A stretch of 64,000 bases of DNA from Gammaproteobacteria bacterium (GCA_020029535.1 JAIBJM010000001.1:35705-99704); one strand, 5' to 3'. Counted from the stretch's first letter, positions 31,166 to 41,325 are shown. Notes: generated by a model from the sequence alone, not told the origin. Program-made: numbers and translations.

Positions 31166-33331
31166 TTACTCCGGCCGCAGTATCACCGCCGCCAAGGGGG
31201 GCAAAGTGACCGGCAGTGAATACGGCTGCCCCGCCCACGGCGTGGGCTCGGCGGCAATCGGAATGCCATTGCCCGCGTTGCTGCCGCCGTAATAGCCCGA
31301 ATCCGAATTGAATACCTCGCGATAGCGGCCGCCCTGCGGCACGCCGACGCGATAGCCGGGTCGCGGCACCGGCGTGAAGTTCAAGGCCACGATCAGATGC
31401 CGGTCATCGCTCCAGCGCGCGAAGCTCAGCACCGATTGCTGTGCGTCATTGCAGTCCAGCCAGGAAAAGCCGCGCGGTTCGAATTCGTAACGATGCAGCG
31501 CCGGATCATCCACATACAGCCGGTTCAGATCGCCGATCAGCTTCTGCAGTCCGCCGTGTTCGGCGTGCGATGTCAGCCACCACGGCAGTTCGGTGCGGAA
31601 GTCCCATTCCCACGGGTGACCGAATTCGCCGCCCATGAACAGCAGCTTCTTGCCGGGCAGCGTCCACATATAGGAGTAGAGCAGGCGCAAATTCGCCAGT
31701 TGCTGCCAGCGGTTGCCGGGCATGCGGCCCAGCAGCGAGCGCTTCAGGTGCACCACTTCGTCATGCGAGAGCGGCAGCACGAAGTTTTCGCTGTAGGCAT
31801 ACATCATGCCGAAGGTCAGCTGGTTGTGGTGATGCTGCCGGTACAGCGGGTCCTGCTTGAAGTAGTTCAGCGTGTCGTGCATCCAGCCCATGTTCCACTT
31901 CATGCTGAAGCCGAGGCCGCCGGCATCGGTGGGACGACTGACCATGGGCCAGTCGGTGGATTCCTCGGCCATCACCACGGTACCGGGGCTGCGCGCATGC
32001 GTGGTGGCGTTGAGCTGGCGCAGGAAGTCGATGGCCTCCAGATTCTGCCGGCCGCCGTAGCGGTTGGGCACGAAATCGCCCTGTCGACCGAAATCGAGGA
32101 ACAGCATCGAGGCCACGGCATCGACGCGCAGGCCGTCGAAATGGAATTCCTCCAGCCAGTAGCAGGCGCTGGAGAGCAGGAAGGAGCGCACTTCGTTGCG
32201 CTCATAGTTGAAGATCAGCGTGCCCCAGTCGCGATGCTCCGCCTTGCGCGGATCGTCATATTCATACAACGCGCCGCCATCGAAACTGGCCAGGCCATGC
32301 GCGTCGCGCGGGAAGTGGCCCGGCACCCAGTCCAGCAGCACACCGATGCCGGCCTGATGACAGGCGTCGATGAAGTAGCGTAAATCTTCGGGACTGCCGT
32401 GGCGGCTGGTGGGTGAAAAGTAGCCAGTGGTCTGGTAGCCCCAGGAATCATCCAGCGGATGCTCGGTGATCGGCAGCAGTTCGATGTGCGTGAAGCCGTG
32501 TTCGCGCACATAGGGCAGCAGTGAATCGGCCAGCTCGCGCCAGCTGTACATGCGGCCATCGGGATGACGGCGCCATGACGCGGCATGCACCTCATAGATG
32601 CTCATCGGCGCATGCAGCCAGTTGCGCTGCGCGCGTGCCTGCATCCAGCCCTCATCGCCCCAGCGATGGTGACTGTCGCAGACAATGGATGCGGTGCCGG
32701 GCCGGAACTCGCTGGCACGCGCATACGGATCGCTCTTCAGCAGAACCGCCGGCTTGTCGCGGGCGCGGATCTCGAACTTGTACAGCTCGCCCGGGCCGAT
32801 ACCGGGCATGAACAATTCCCAGATGCCACTCGAACCCAGCACCCGCATCGGGAAGCGGCGGCCGTCCCAGTCGCAGAATGGGCCGACGACGCTGACGCGC
32901 TCGGCGTTGGGTGCCCACACGGCAAAACGGGTGCCGGCGATCCCGTCGATGCTCAGCAGCTGGGCGCCGAGAATGCGCCAGCTCTCGACATGGGTGCCCG
33001 ATGCAAAGCGGCCGAGATCATCTGCACCAATTGTGGGCGGAAAGCTGTAGGGATCGACATAACTCTGACTCGTGCCGGTGCTACCGATACGTCGAATGAC
33101 AGGATGGGCGGGCAACGGCCCACCGTCGCTCTGCCACTGAAAGAAATCGCTGTCGCCCAATCGCTGCATGAATTTTTCGTCAAGCCAGGCTTCGCGGGTG
33201 GCGGGCAGGAATGTCAGCACCCGCTGGCCAGTACCGTATGCATGCGTGCCCAGCACCGCATGCGGATCGTGATGCCGGGCTTCGGCAATACGTTGCAGCT
33301 GTTGCTGAAGACTGGAATCAGCGCTGGGCAT
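31166..33331 (-). CDS. glgB: 1,4-alpha-glucan branching enzyme (GH13)
   Basis: DWVPGHFP, GLRVDAVASMLF, MAEESTDWP and LPLSHDEVVH. The start is set at ATG 33331 (MPSADSS...HHDPHAVLGTH) by comparison with GlgB N-termini. Confidence 0.92.
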   Translation of the reverse strand: MPSADSSLQQQLQRIAEARHHDPHAVLGTHAYGTGQRVLTFLPATREAWLDEKFMQRLGDSDFFQWQSDGGPLPAHPVIRRIGSTGTSQSYVDPYSFPPTIGADDLGRFASGTHVESWRILGAQLLSIDGIAGTRFAVWAPNAERVSVVGPFCDWDGRRFPMRVLGSSGIWELFMPGIGPGELYKFEIRARDKPAVLLKSDPYARASEFRPGTASIVCDSHHRWGDEGWMQARAQRNWLHAPMSIYEVHAASWRRHPDGRMYSWRELADSLLPYVREHGFTHIELLPITEHPLDDSWGYQTTGYFSPTSRHGSPEDLRYFIDACHQAGIGVLLDWVPGHFPRDAHGLASFDGGALYEYDDPRKAEHRDWGTLIFNYERNEVRSFLLSSACYWLEEFHFDGLRVDAVASMLFLDFGRQGDFVPNRYGGRQNLEAIDFLRQLNATTHARSPGTVVMAEESTDWPMVSRPTDAGGLGFSMKWNMGWMHDTLNYFKQDPLYRQHHHNQLTFGMMYAYSENFVLPLSHDEVVHLKRSLLGRMPGNRWQQLANLRLLYSYMWTLPGKKLLFMGGEFGHPWEWDFRTELPWWLTSHAEHGGLQKLIGDLNRLYVDDPALHRYEFEPRGFSWLDCNDAQQSVLSFARWSDDRHLIVALNFTPVPRPGYRVGVPQGGRYREVFNSDSGYYGGSNAGNGIPIAAEPTPWAGQPYSLPVTLPPLAAVILRPE

Positions 33332-33372
33332 TGGCCGTACTATACTGAAAGCCTGCCACGGGAATCCTCGCG

Positions 33373-34656
33373 ATGCTGCCCAGACAGTCAATACGTTCCA
33401 GCTCCGGACGCTATGTGAGCCGACTGACCAGCGGAGCGCTGGCGGTCATCATGGCCGGCGGCCGCGGCGAACGCCTGCGCGATCTGACCGCCAACCGCTG
33501 CAAGCCTGCCACGCCATTCGGCGGCAAGTTCCGCATCATCGACTTCGTGCTTTCCAACTGCGTCAACTCCGGCATACGCCAGATTTTCGTCATGACGCAG
33601 TACAAGGGGCAATCGCTGATCCATCACATGCAACGCGGCTGGAATTACCTGCGCGGCGAGTTCGGCGAGTTCATCGACGTGGTGCCGGCGCAGCAGCAGG
33701 TGGGCGCGCACTGGTATCGCGGCACTGCCGACTGCGTGTACCAGAACCTCGAGCTGATCCGTACGCACCGGCCCAAGTACGTGCTGGTGCTGGCCGGCGA
33801 TCACATCTACAAGATGGACTACGGTCCGATGATCGCCTATCACGTCGAGAAGGGCGCTGACGTCACCGTGGGTGTGGTCGAAGTGCCGGTGGACAAGGCG
33901 CGCGAGTTCGGTGTGCTGTCGGCCACCGAGTGGAATCGTGTCACCAAGTTCACCGAGAAGCCGCAGCAGCCGGAGTCCATTGTCGGGCGCCCTGGCGTGG
34001 CGCTGGCTTCGATGGGCATCTATGTGTTCGACGCGCAGCTGCTGGAGCGGCTGCTGGTTGAAGATGCAGCGCTGGCCGCGTCGTCGCACGACTTCGGCAA
34101 GAACGTCATTCCTGCCGCCATCGACAAGCTGCAGGTGTTCGCCTATCCATTCACCGATGTGAAGACGCGCGCGCAGAATTACTGGCGTGACGTTGGCACA
34201 GTCGATGCATATTACGAAGCGAACATCGAGCTTGTGCATGTCGCTCCGGAGCTGAACCTGTATGACGAGGAATGGCCGATCTGGACCTATCAGACGCATC
34301 AGCCGCCGGCGAAATTCGTGCTCGATGAAGAAGGGCGTCGCGGCATGGCGATCAACTCCATGGTGTCCGGTGGCTGCATCATCTCGGGCGCGCGCATCGA
34401 TCAGTCGCTGCTGTTTTCCAATGTCCGCGTCGATGAACGCTCGCAGGTGGAACGCGCGGTGATCCTGCCCAATGTGCGCGTCCATGCCGGCTGCACCATA
34501 CGCAATGCCATCGTCGATGAGGGCTGCGAGGTGCCGACCGGTACGCAGATCGGCGTCGACCCGGTGGCCGATGCCGCGCGCTTTCATGTCACCGAGCGCG
34601 GCATCGTGCTGGTGACACCGGACATGTTGCACCGGAACACTGTCGTCAAGACATGA
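33373..34656 (+). CDS. glgC: Glucose-1-phosphate adenylyltransferase
   Basis: ...VIMAGGRGERLRDLT..RCKPATPFGGKFRIIDF... Confidence 0.93.
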   Translation: MLPRQSIRSSSGRYVSRLTSGALAVIMAGGRGERLRDLTANRCKPATPFGGKFRIIDFVLSNCVNSGIRQIFVMTQYKGQSLIHHMQRGWNYLRGEFGEFIDVVPAQQQVGAHWYRGTADCVYQNLELIRTHRPKYVLVLAGDHIYKMDYGPMIAYHVEKGADVTVGVVEVPVDKAREFGVLSATEWNRVTKFTEKPQQPESIVGRPGVALASMGIYVFDAQLLERLLVEDAALAASSHDFGKNVIPAAIDKLQVFAYPFTDVKTRAQNYWRDVGTVDAYYEANIELVHVAPELNLYDEEWPIWTYQTHQPPAKFVLDEEGRRGMAINSMVSGGCIISGARIDQSLLFSNVRVDERSQVERAVILPNVRVHAGCTIRNAIVDEGCEVPTGTQIGVDPVADAARFHVTERGIVLVTPDMLHRNTVVKT

Positions 34657-36353
34657 GTGGCGCACAACGCTTTCCAGTGGTGCTGTTCTGGCACATGCAC
34701 CAGCCGAACTATCGCGATGCGCTGACCGGCCTATACCTGCTGCCCTGGACCTACCTGCACGCCATCAAGGACTACACCGACATGGCTGCGCATCTGGAGG
34801 CCAATCCCGGCGCGCGCGCGGTGGTGAATTTCACGCCGGTGCTGATCGAGCAGTTGCAGGAGCTGGCCGAACGTGTCGGGCAGCATCTGCTGTCGGGTAC
34901 GCCGCTGCCCGATCCGGTGCTGTCGGTGCTGGCGCCGACACCCCTGCCGCAGGAGCGCAGTGCGCGACTGGCATTGCTGCACGCCTGTCTGCGCGCCGAT
35001 CGCCGCCATCTGATCGGCCGTTATCCGGCCTACCAGCAGCTGGCCACGCTGGCCACTTCGCTGGGCACGCCCGAGAACGTGGTCTATGCCTCCGACCAGC
35101 TGCTGCGCGATCTGGGCGTGTGGTTTCACCTTGCCTGGCTGGGCGAAACCATCAAGCGCAGCGATCCGCGCGTGGCGTTGCTGATCGATCGCGAAAGCGA
35201 ATTCAAGCCTGAACACTGCCGCAGTCTGCTGGAGCTGATTGGCGAACTGCTGTCGGGTGTGCTGCCGCGCTATCGTCGGCTGGCCGAGGCGGGGCAGGTG
35301 GAGCTGGCGGTGTCGCCGTACGGTCATCCGATATTGCCGCTGCTGTATGACTTCAACGCCGCGCGCGAAGCGCAGCCGAATTCGCCATTGCCGCAGTCGC
35401 CGGGCTATCCGGGCGGCGCGGCGCGCGCGCGTTGGCACATGGATGAAGCGGTGCGTGTGTTCCAGTCTGCCTTCGGCATGCGGCCGGTGGGTTGCTGGCC
35501 TTCCGAGGGCGCCATCAGCGCGCGGGCGCTGCAGTTGATCGATGCCTGTGGCTTCAGCTGGATGGCCAGCAGCGCCAATGTGCTGCGTGGCTGTCTCACG
35601 GCATCAGAGGTACATCACGGGCCCATTCAGCAGGCGGTGAATCACGTCTATCAGCGACCGCAGCAGAAGCTGCGCTGCTTCTTCCGTCACGACGAACTGT
35701 CGGACCTGATCGGATTCAATTATTCGACCTGGCATGGTGACGATGCCGTGCGGCACTTCGTCGGCGAGCTGGAGCGGGTGGCCGAGACCGCGCACAGCCA
35801 GGGTGAGCAGCTGGCGCTGATCGCGCTGGATGGCGAGAACGCCTGGGAACACTATCCTTTCAACGGCTACTACTTCCTGAATGGCCTGTATGCCGCACTG
35901 GCCAATCATCCGAAGCTGGAATTGACCACGCTGAGCGGTTTCCTCGCCGCGCGGCCACCGAGCCGTCCGTTGCTGCAGGTGGTGGCCGGCAGCTGGGTGC
36001 ACGGCACGCTGTCCACCTGGATGGGCGATCGCGACAAGAACGCGGGTTGGGATCTGCTGGTCGAAGCCAAGCAGGCCACGGACCAGGCGCTGGCCAGCGG
36101 ACGTTTCAGCGCTGCGCAACGCGCGCGCATCGAGCGTCAGCTGGCGCAATGCGAAAGTTCGGACTGGTTCTGGTGGTTCGGCGACTACAACCCGGCCGAG
36201 TCGGTGCGCGACTTCGATCAGCTGTATCGCCATCAGCTGGCCAGCCTGTACAAGCTGCTGGAGCTGCCGCAGCCCGAGCGGTTGTCGCTGCCGATTTCCA
36301 GCGGACGCGGTGCGCCCGAAGGCGGTGGTGTCATGCGTCGCGCCAACGAATGA
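34653..36353 (+). CDS. Glycoside hydrolase family 57 protein
   Basis: GH57 region motifs FWHMHQPNY, CWPSEGA (nucleophile Glu context) and ALDGENAWEHY (acid/base Asp context). ATGA overlap with glgC. Confidence 0.8.
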   Translation: MSGAQRFPVVLFWHMHQPNYRDALTGLYLLPWTYLHAIKDYTDMAAHLEANPGARAVVNFTPVLIEQLQELAERVGQHLLSGTPLPDPVLSVLAPTPLPQERSARLALLHACLRADRRHLIGRYPAYQQLATLATSLGTPENVVYASDQLLRDLGVWFHLAWLGETIKRSDPRVALLIDRESEFKPEHCRSLLELIGELLSGVLPRYRRLAEAGQVELAVSPYGHPILPLLYDFNAAREAQPNSPLPQSPGYPGGAARARWHMDEAVRVFQSAFGMRPVGCWPSEGAISARALQLIDACGFSWMASSANVLRGCLTASEVHHGPIQQAVNHVYQRPQQKLRCFFRHDELSDLIGFNYSTWHGDDAVRHFVGELERVAETAHSQGEQLALIALDGENAWEHYPFNGYYFLNGLYAALANHPKLELTTLSGFLAARPPSRPLLQVVAGSWVHGTLSTWMGDRDKNAGWDLLVEAKQATDQALASGRFSAAQRARIERQLAQCESSDWFWWFGDYNPAESVRDFDQLYRHQLASLYKLLELPQPERLSLPISSGRGAPEGGGVMRRANE

Positions 36354-37729
36354 ACGCGCCTGCGGCGGACCGCCTGCCGGTGCTGGACCGCCGGCGCGCC
36401 GGCGTATTGCTGCATCCCACGTCGCTCCCGGGTCGCGGGGCCTTTGGCGCAGCGGGGCGCATCTTCATCGATTGGCTGGCGGAGGGTGGTTTCAGCGTCT
36501 GGCAGATGCTGCCGCTGGGACCGGTGGGCATCGATGGCTCTCCTTACTGGGTCAGTGCCGACGCCGCATTCAACACCGCGCTGATCGATCCCGATGAGGC
36601 GGTGGATCCGGGCAGCGCGCCGGCGGAGTTTGCGGCGTTCTGCGAGTCCAGTGCCGGATGGCTGGAGGACTATGCGTTGTTTGCGGCACTGTCACGGGCA
36701 CAGGGCAGTGCATGCTGGCGACAGTGGCCACGCGAACTGCGCGATCGCGATGCGGCTGCGCTGGCTGCGGCGCGTGTTGCCTCTGCCGCAGCAATGCATT
36801 CATTACGCGCGGCGCAGTGGAACGCGCATCGGCAATGGCAGCGACTGCGCGCGCATGCGCATCATCGTGGCGTGCGCCTGTTCGGCGATCTGCCCATCTA
36901 TGTCGCACCGGATTCGGTGGCGACCTGGGCGCAGCGCGGGCAGTTTCAGCTCAACGCCGACGGTCATCCCGCGTCGGTGGCCGGCGTGCCACCGGATTAT
37001 TTTTCGGCCGATGGCCAACTGTGGGGTAATCCGCTGTACGACTGGGCGCAGGCCGAACGCGATGGCTTTGCCTACTGGAAGACGCGGCTGGGTCTGCAGC
37101 TGCAGCGTTTCGATCTGCTGCGCATCGATCATTTCCGCGGGCTGGCCGGCTACTGGTCGGTGCCGGCCGGCGCGCTGACGGCGCGCGAAGGCCAGTGGCA
37201 GCCGGGCCCCGGTGCAAAGCTGATGGAAGCGCTGCGCGCCGAACTGCCGGACATGCCGCTGGTGGCCGAAGACCTGGGCGTGATCACGCCGGATGTGGAT
37301 GCGCTGCGCCACGATTTTCATCTGCCCGGCATGCGCGTGCTGCAGTTCGGGTTCGATGGCTCGCCGACCAATCCGCATCTGCCGCACAACTTTGCACACG
37401 ACACCGTGGCCTACACCGGCACCCACGACAATGACACTACGCTGGGCTGGTATCGCTCGCTGGATACCCACACCGCTGCGCTCGTGAATGCCTATCTGGG
37501 AATTGCTGCGACAGCCATGCCGCAGGCGCTGTGGCGCGCGGCCAATGCGTCGGTGGCGCAACTGGCCATGTTGCCGCTGCAGGATGCACTGGCGCTGGGT
37601 TCGGAGGCGCGGCTCAATGTGCCGGGCACCGCGGCGGGCAACTGGCGCTGGCGCTTGCCGGATGCCCCGCTCAGTGCTGAACTTGCCACCTCACTGCGCG
37701 GTCTGAACCAGCTGTACGGAAGGATCTGA
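36350..37729 (+). CDS. malQ: 4-alpha-glucanotransferase (GH77)
   Basis: RRAGVLLHPTSLPG, LLRIDHFRGL, VAEDLGVI and YTGTHDNDT. The ATG overlaps the GH57 stop. Confidence 0.9.
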   Translation: MNAPAADRLPVLDRRRAGVLLHPTSLPGRGAFGAAGRIFIDWLAEGGFSVWQMLPLGPVGIDGSPYWVSADAAFNTALIDPDEAVDPGSAPAEFAAFCESSAGWLEDYALFAALSRAQGSACWRQWPRELRDRDAAALAAARVASAAAMHSLRAAQWNAHRQWQRLRAHAHHRGVRLFGDLPIYVAPDSVATWAQRGQFQLNADGHPASVAGVPPDYFSADGQLWGNPLYDWAQAERDGFAYWKTRLGLQLQRFDLLRIDHFRGLAGYWSVPAGALTAREGQWQPGPGAKLMEALRAELPDMPLVAEDLGVITPDVDALRHDFHLPGMRVLQFGFDGSPTNPHLPHNFAHDTVAYTGTHDNDTTLGWYRSLDTHTAALVNAYLGIAATAMPQALWRAANASVAQLAMLPLQDALALGSEARLNVPGTAAGNWRWRLPDAPLSAELATSLRGLNQLYGRI

Positions 37730-37736
37730 GGTGGCA

Positions 37737-38201
37737 ATGCAAAGTCTGCGAGTTCTTCTGGTCGGCGCAGTGCTGATGTCGCTGGCGGCCTGCAGTGCGC
37801 TGGTGCCCAAACTGGAAACGCCGGCGCTGCGCGTGACCAATGTGGCGCTGCTGAGCGGCGACAGCAAGGCACAGCAGCTGCGGCTCACCATCCAGGTCGA
37901 CAACCCCAATGCGCGTCAGCTCGCGGTGCGCAGCATCGATTACCGCCTGGCGCTGGGGGGACAGGAAGTCGCGCAGGGTGCCACTACTGCGGCGTTCACC
38001 GTGCCGGCCCTGGGCCAGTCGAACTTCGATCTGGATGTGAACATCGACGTGCTGCGCGCGTTGACGCTGTTTGCAGGGAACATGAAAGCGGACACGCTGC
38101 CTTATCGTGTTACCGGTACGGTGCGGCTGGCCGAAGGCGCATTGCGCACGCTGCCGTTCGCTGCGGATGGCACGGTGGCGAATCCGGCGCGGCGGCGCTG
38201 A
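37737..38201 (+). CDS. LEA type-2 (LEA_2) family lipoprotein
   Basis: Lipobox MSLAAC, then ...LRLTIQVDNPNARQLAVRSIDYRLALGGQEVAQG..., the pattern of bacterial LEA_2 proteins. The start lies 7 nt after the malQ stop; an alternative GTG at 37731 lies 1 nt after it. Confidence 0.6.
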   Translation: MQSLRVLLVGAVLMSLAACSALVPKLETPALRVTNVALLSGDSKAQQLRLTIQVDNPNARQLAVRSIDYRLALGGQEVAQGATTAAFTVPALGQSNFDLDVNIDVLRALTLFAGNMKADTLPYRVTGTVRLAEGALRTLPFAADGTVANPARRR

Positions 38202-38229
38202 CTACCCTGGCACCCCTTGCTACCCGTGA

Positions 38230-39543
38230 CTATTTCTTCGGCACCAGCCTGAGGAGCTTGCCGCCGGCACTGTCGAGGACACTGGCACCTTCGGTCAGGA
38301 CATACAGTGCTCCGTCAGGGCCTTCGCTCACGTCGCGGATGCGGGTTTTCAGTTCGGTCAGCAGTCGTTCCTCGCCGATCACCCGGTCGCCCTTCAGAAC
38401 CAGCCGGATCAGCGCTTTGCCGGCGAGCGCAGAGACGAAGAGATTGCCCTGCCATTCCGGGAAAAGCTTGCCGGTGTAGAAGGCGATCCCTGCCGGGGCG
38501 ACGGCGGGCGTCCAGAAGTACGCCGGCTGTTCCATGCCGTCCTGAAAGGTCCTGTCGCCGTTGATCGGTCGACCGTCGTATTCGTGGCCATAGCCGATCA
38601 ACGGAAAGCCGTAATTCCTTCCCTTGTCGACGATGTTGATTTCATCGCCGCCACGTGGTCCATGCTCGCTCACCCACAGCTTGCCGGTGCGCGGATTGAT
38701 GGCCACGCCCTGATTTTCCCTGAGTCCGAACGCGTAAATTTCGGGCTGGGCGTCCTTGCGACCCACGAAGGGGTTGTCCCGCGGGATCGAGCCGTCGGTA
38801 TTGATGCGGAGGACCTTGCCCATCTTGCTGTCCAGCTGTTGGGGTTGCGGCCAGGCTGCGACATCCAGCGAAGCTGCACTGACGATCGCCGAGGTGATCA
38901 GCAGCGTGCCGTCGGGCGCCTGGATGACACGGGCGTTGATGCCCTCCGCGTCGAGCAGCACGCGCAGGTTTTCGAGGCGTCGATCGTCGGCGGAAAGCGT
39001 GGCGCTGGCGACGACTGCAATGCCGGCGCTGCGGGGCAACTTCGACAAGTCCGCGTTGTCAGGCAGCACCGCGTAGGTCAGATATACCCGGCGATTGGTG
39101 GCGAAAGCGCGGTCGGGACGCATTTCGAAAATGCCCTGACCCGGATTGCTGTGGACGTCGGGCAGTCCTTCGACTTCCGATATCTTGCCGTCGCGTCCCA
39201 CAATCTTGATGCGACCGCCCGAACGTTCGGCCACGATCATGCGGCCGTCCGGGAGGAAGTTGAGAGAGAACCCCCGCTTGAAGCCCTCCGCAACCGTTTC
39301 GATGTCATAGGCCGCGCTTTTCCCGGGCCGTGCCGCACGCGTCTGGCCCAGCCACTCCGGAACCGGTGTGTAGCCGTCCGGCTGGTCAGAGCGTCCCGCG
39401 GGAATCATCGGAGCGCCGGGCGCCGGCGCTGGCGCCCGCGGCGCGGCCTTGATGGGAATCTGCGTGTCCGAAGCAGCCTGTACGCTCACGGCGAGGAAGG
39501 CACACAGCGTCGAGGTTGCAACGGCCAGGGTCCTGAGATTCAT
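38230..39543 (-). CDS. PQQ-dependent sugar dehydrogenase (soluble GDH/sorbosone DH family)
   Basis: Signal peptide and beta-propeller repeats. ...VSEHGPRGGDEINIVDKGRNYGFP... ATG 39543 lies behind GAGGA. Confidence 0.8.
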   Translation of the reverse strand: MNLRTLAVATSTLCAFLAVSVQAASDTQIPIKAAPRAPAPAPGAPMIPAGRSDQPDGYTPVPEWLGQTRAARPGKSAAYDIETVAEGFKRGFSLNFLPDGRMIVAERSGGRIKIVGRDGKISEVEGLPDVHSNPGQGIFEMRPDRAFATNRRVYLTYAVLPDNADLSKLPRSAGIAVVASATLSADDRRLENLRVLLDAEGINARVIQAPDGTLLITSAIVSAASLDVAAWPQPQQLDSKMGKVLRINTDGSIPRDNPFVGRKDAQPEIYAFGLRENQGVAINPRTGKLWVSEHGPRGGDEINIVDKGRNYGFPLIGYGHEYDGRPINGDRTFQDGMEQPAYFWTPAVAPAGIAFYTGKLFPEWQGNLFVSALAGKALIRLVLKGDRVIGEERLLTELKTRIRDVSEGPDGALYVLTEGASVLDSAGGKLLRLVPKK

Positions 39544-39582
39544 GGATTCCTCACTTCGTGACATTGATACTGGAGCATGACG

Positions 39583-41034
39583 CTAGATCAGGCGACTGTA
39601 CAAATCCACGTACTGCCGCACCTGGCGATTCCACGAGAAATTCTGCGCCATGCCATTCTGCACCAGCCGCCGCCAGGCGCCGCGGTTCTGGTACAGGTCC
39701 AGCGCCGTAGCGATGGCCCAGCTGACCGCTCCGGTGTTGTAGTCGTTGAACATCACGCCGGTGCCCTGGCCGGTGGCTGCATCGAAGTGCTGTACCGAGT
39801 CGGCGAGACCGCCGGTGCGGCGCACGATGGGCACGGTGCCGTAGCGCAGGCTGTACATCTGGTTCAGGCCGCAGGGTTCGTAGCGCGATGGCATCAGGAA
39901 CATGTCGCTGCCGGCCTCGATCCAGTGCGCCAGCTCGTCGTGATAGCCATTGTGGAAGGAAACACGTCCGGGCCAGCGCTGCTGCAGTTCGCGGAAGAAG
40001 GCTTCATAGCGCGCCTCGCCCGACCCCAGCAATGCCAGATTGAAATCGCGCGCTTCCAGCAGCACCGGCAGCGATTCCATCAACAGATCGAAACCCTTCT
40101 GCGTCGCCAGCCGGCTGACGCTGCCGATCAGCGGCCGGTGGGCGGCGGATTGCAGCTGCAGTCTCTGCAGCAGCTGCTGCTTCAGTTCGCCCTTGATGCC
40201 CAGCTGGTTGGCGCCGTAGTGCCGCGGCAGGTGGCGGTCATGGCGCGGATCCCATTCTTCGTAGTCGACACCATTCAGTATGCCTACCAGCGAATCGGCA
40301 CGATTGCGCAGCGTGCCTTCCATGCCCATGCCGTATTCGGGGGTCTGGATTTCGCGCGCATAGGTGGGGCTGACCGTGGTGACCAGATCGGCATACATCA
40401 GCGCATGACGCAGCATGTTGATGCGACCGGTGCGCAGATCGTCCTGGTGCAGGTGGCGCGGATCGGCGCCGGCCAGCACTTCGCTGGCCGCAGCCGCGTC
40501 CAGCACGCCCTGATAGCCGATGTTGTGGATGGTGAATACGCTGCGGGTGTGCTCGAACAGCCGGTCCCATCGATACGCCGTGCGCAGCCACAGCGGCGCC
40601 ATGGCGGTGTGCCAGTCATTGCAATGCAGGATCTGCGGCGCGAAGGCCATTTTCTGGCAGCACAGGAAGGCAGCATGCGTCAGCAGCAGGAAGCGGCGGT
40701 GCTCGTCCGGCGCCGAGCCATAGATCGCGCTGCGATGAAACAGGGCGGGGCAGTCGATCAGGTAGATGCGCGCGCTGGAGCCCGGCAGCAGCGAGGTCAG
40801 CACCGAGAAGGTGTAGCTGTACTCGCCGATACGCACCGACAAACCCTGCAGGAACTGCACCGGATGCAGATCCAGGCCGCGCGGATCGATGCTGGAGTAG
40901 GCGGGCATGAACAGCCGGATGTCGTGGCCGGCCGCGTGCAGATACTTGACCAGAGCCCCCGAAACATCGGCCAGGCCACCGGCCTTGGCCAGTGGCGCGG
41001 TTTCGGCGCTGATGAAGCAGATGCGCAATGACAT
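39583..41034 (-). CDS. glgA: Glycogen synthase
   Basis: MSLRICFISAETAPLAKAGGLADV..., the canonical GlgA N-terminus (KxGGL). About 483 aa. Confidence 0.93.
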   Translation of the reverse strand: MSLRICFISAETAPLAKAGGLADVSGALVKYLHAAGHDIRLFMPAYSSIDPRGLDLHPVQFLQGLSVRIGEYSYTFSVLTSLLPGSSARIYLIDCPALFHRSAIYGSAPDEHRRFLLLTHAAFLCCQKMAFAPQILHCNDWHTAMAPLWLRTAYRWDRLFEHTRSVFTIHNIGYQGVLDAAAASEVLAGADPRHLHQDDLRTGRINMLRHALMYADLVTTVSPTYAREIQTPEYGMGMEGTLRNRADSLVGILNGVDYEEWDPRHDRHLPRHYGANQLGIKGELKQQLLQRLQLQSAAHRPLIGSVSRLATQKGFDLLMESLPVLLEARDFNLALLGSGEARYEAFFRELQQRWPGRVSFHNGYHDELAHWIEAGSDMFLMPSRYEPCGLNQMYSLRYGTVPIVRRTGGLADSVQHFDAATGQGTGVMFNDYNTGAVSWAIATALDLYQNRGAWRRLVQNGMAQNFSWNRQVRQYVDLYSRLI

Positions 41035-41068
41035 GCGCACAAGTCTAGCCTACGGCTATGATTCAGAC

Positions 41069-41191
41069 ATGAGACGGGCGGTGGTTTATCTGACTGTGGT
41101 TGTTCTCCTTGCGGTGTCCATCACCGCCGGATGGATTGCTGCCGACTGGCCGCAGTGGTGCGCGCGGCTGGGCTGGTGCACGCCGTCCTAG
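41069..41191 (+). CDS. Possible 40-aa membrane mini-protein
   Basis: MRRAVVYLTVVVLLAVSITAGWIAADWPQWCARLGWCTPS has one TM helix and is followed by a 10-bp hairpin (41197-41234). No Shine-Dalgarno or homology support. Confidence 0.25.
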   Translation: MRRAVVYLTVVVLLAVSITAGWIAADWPQWCARLGWCTPS

Positions 41192-41325
41192 ACGCGACAC
41201 CCGCTCGGCCACCGATCCGCGACTGAGCGGGTGTTCGGGATCGAGATCGAGGGCTGTGTCCGTTGCGCCGGGCAGCTCCTGGCGCATCTGGAGCGCGTCG
41301 CGAAAGCTGCGTGCGCGGACGTCGC

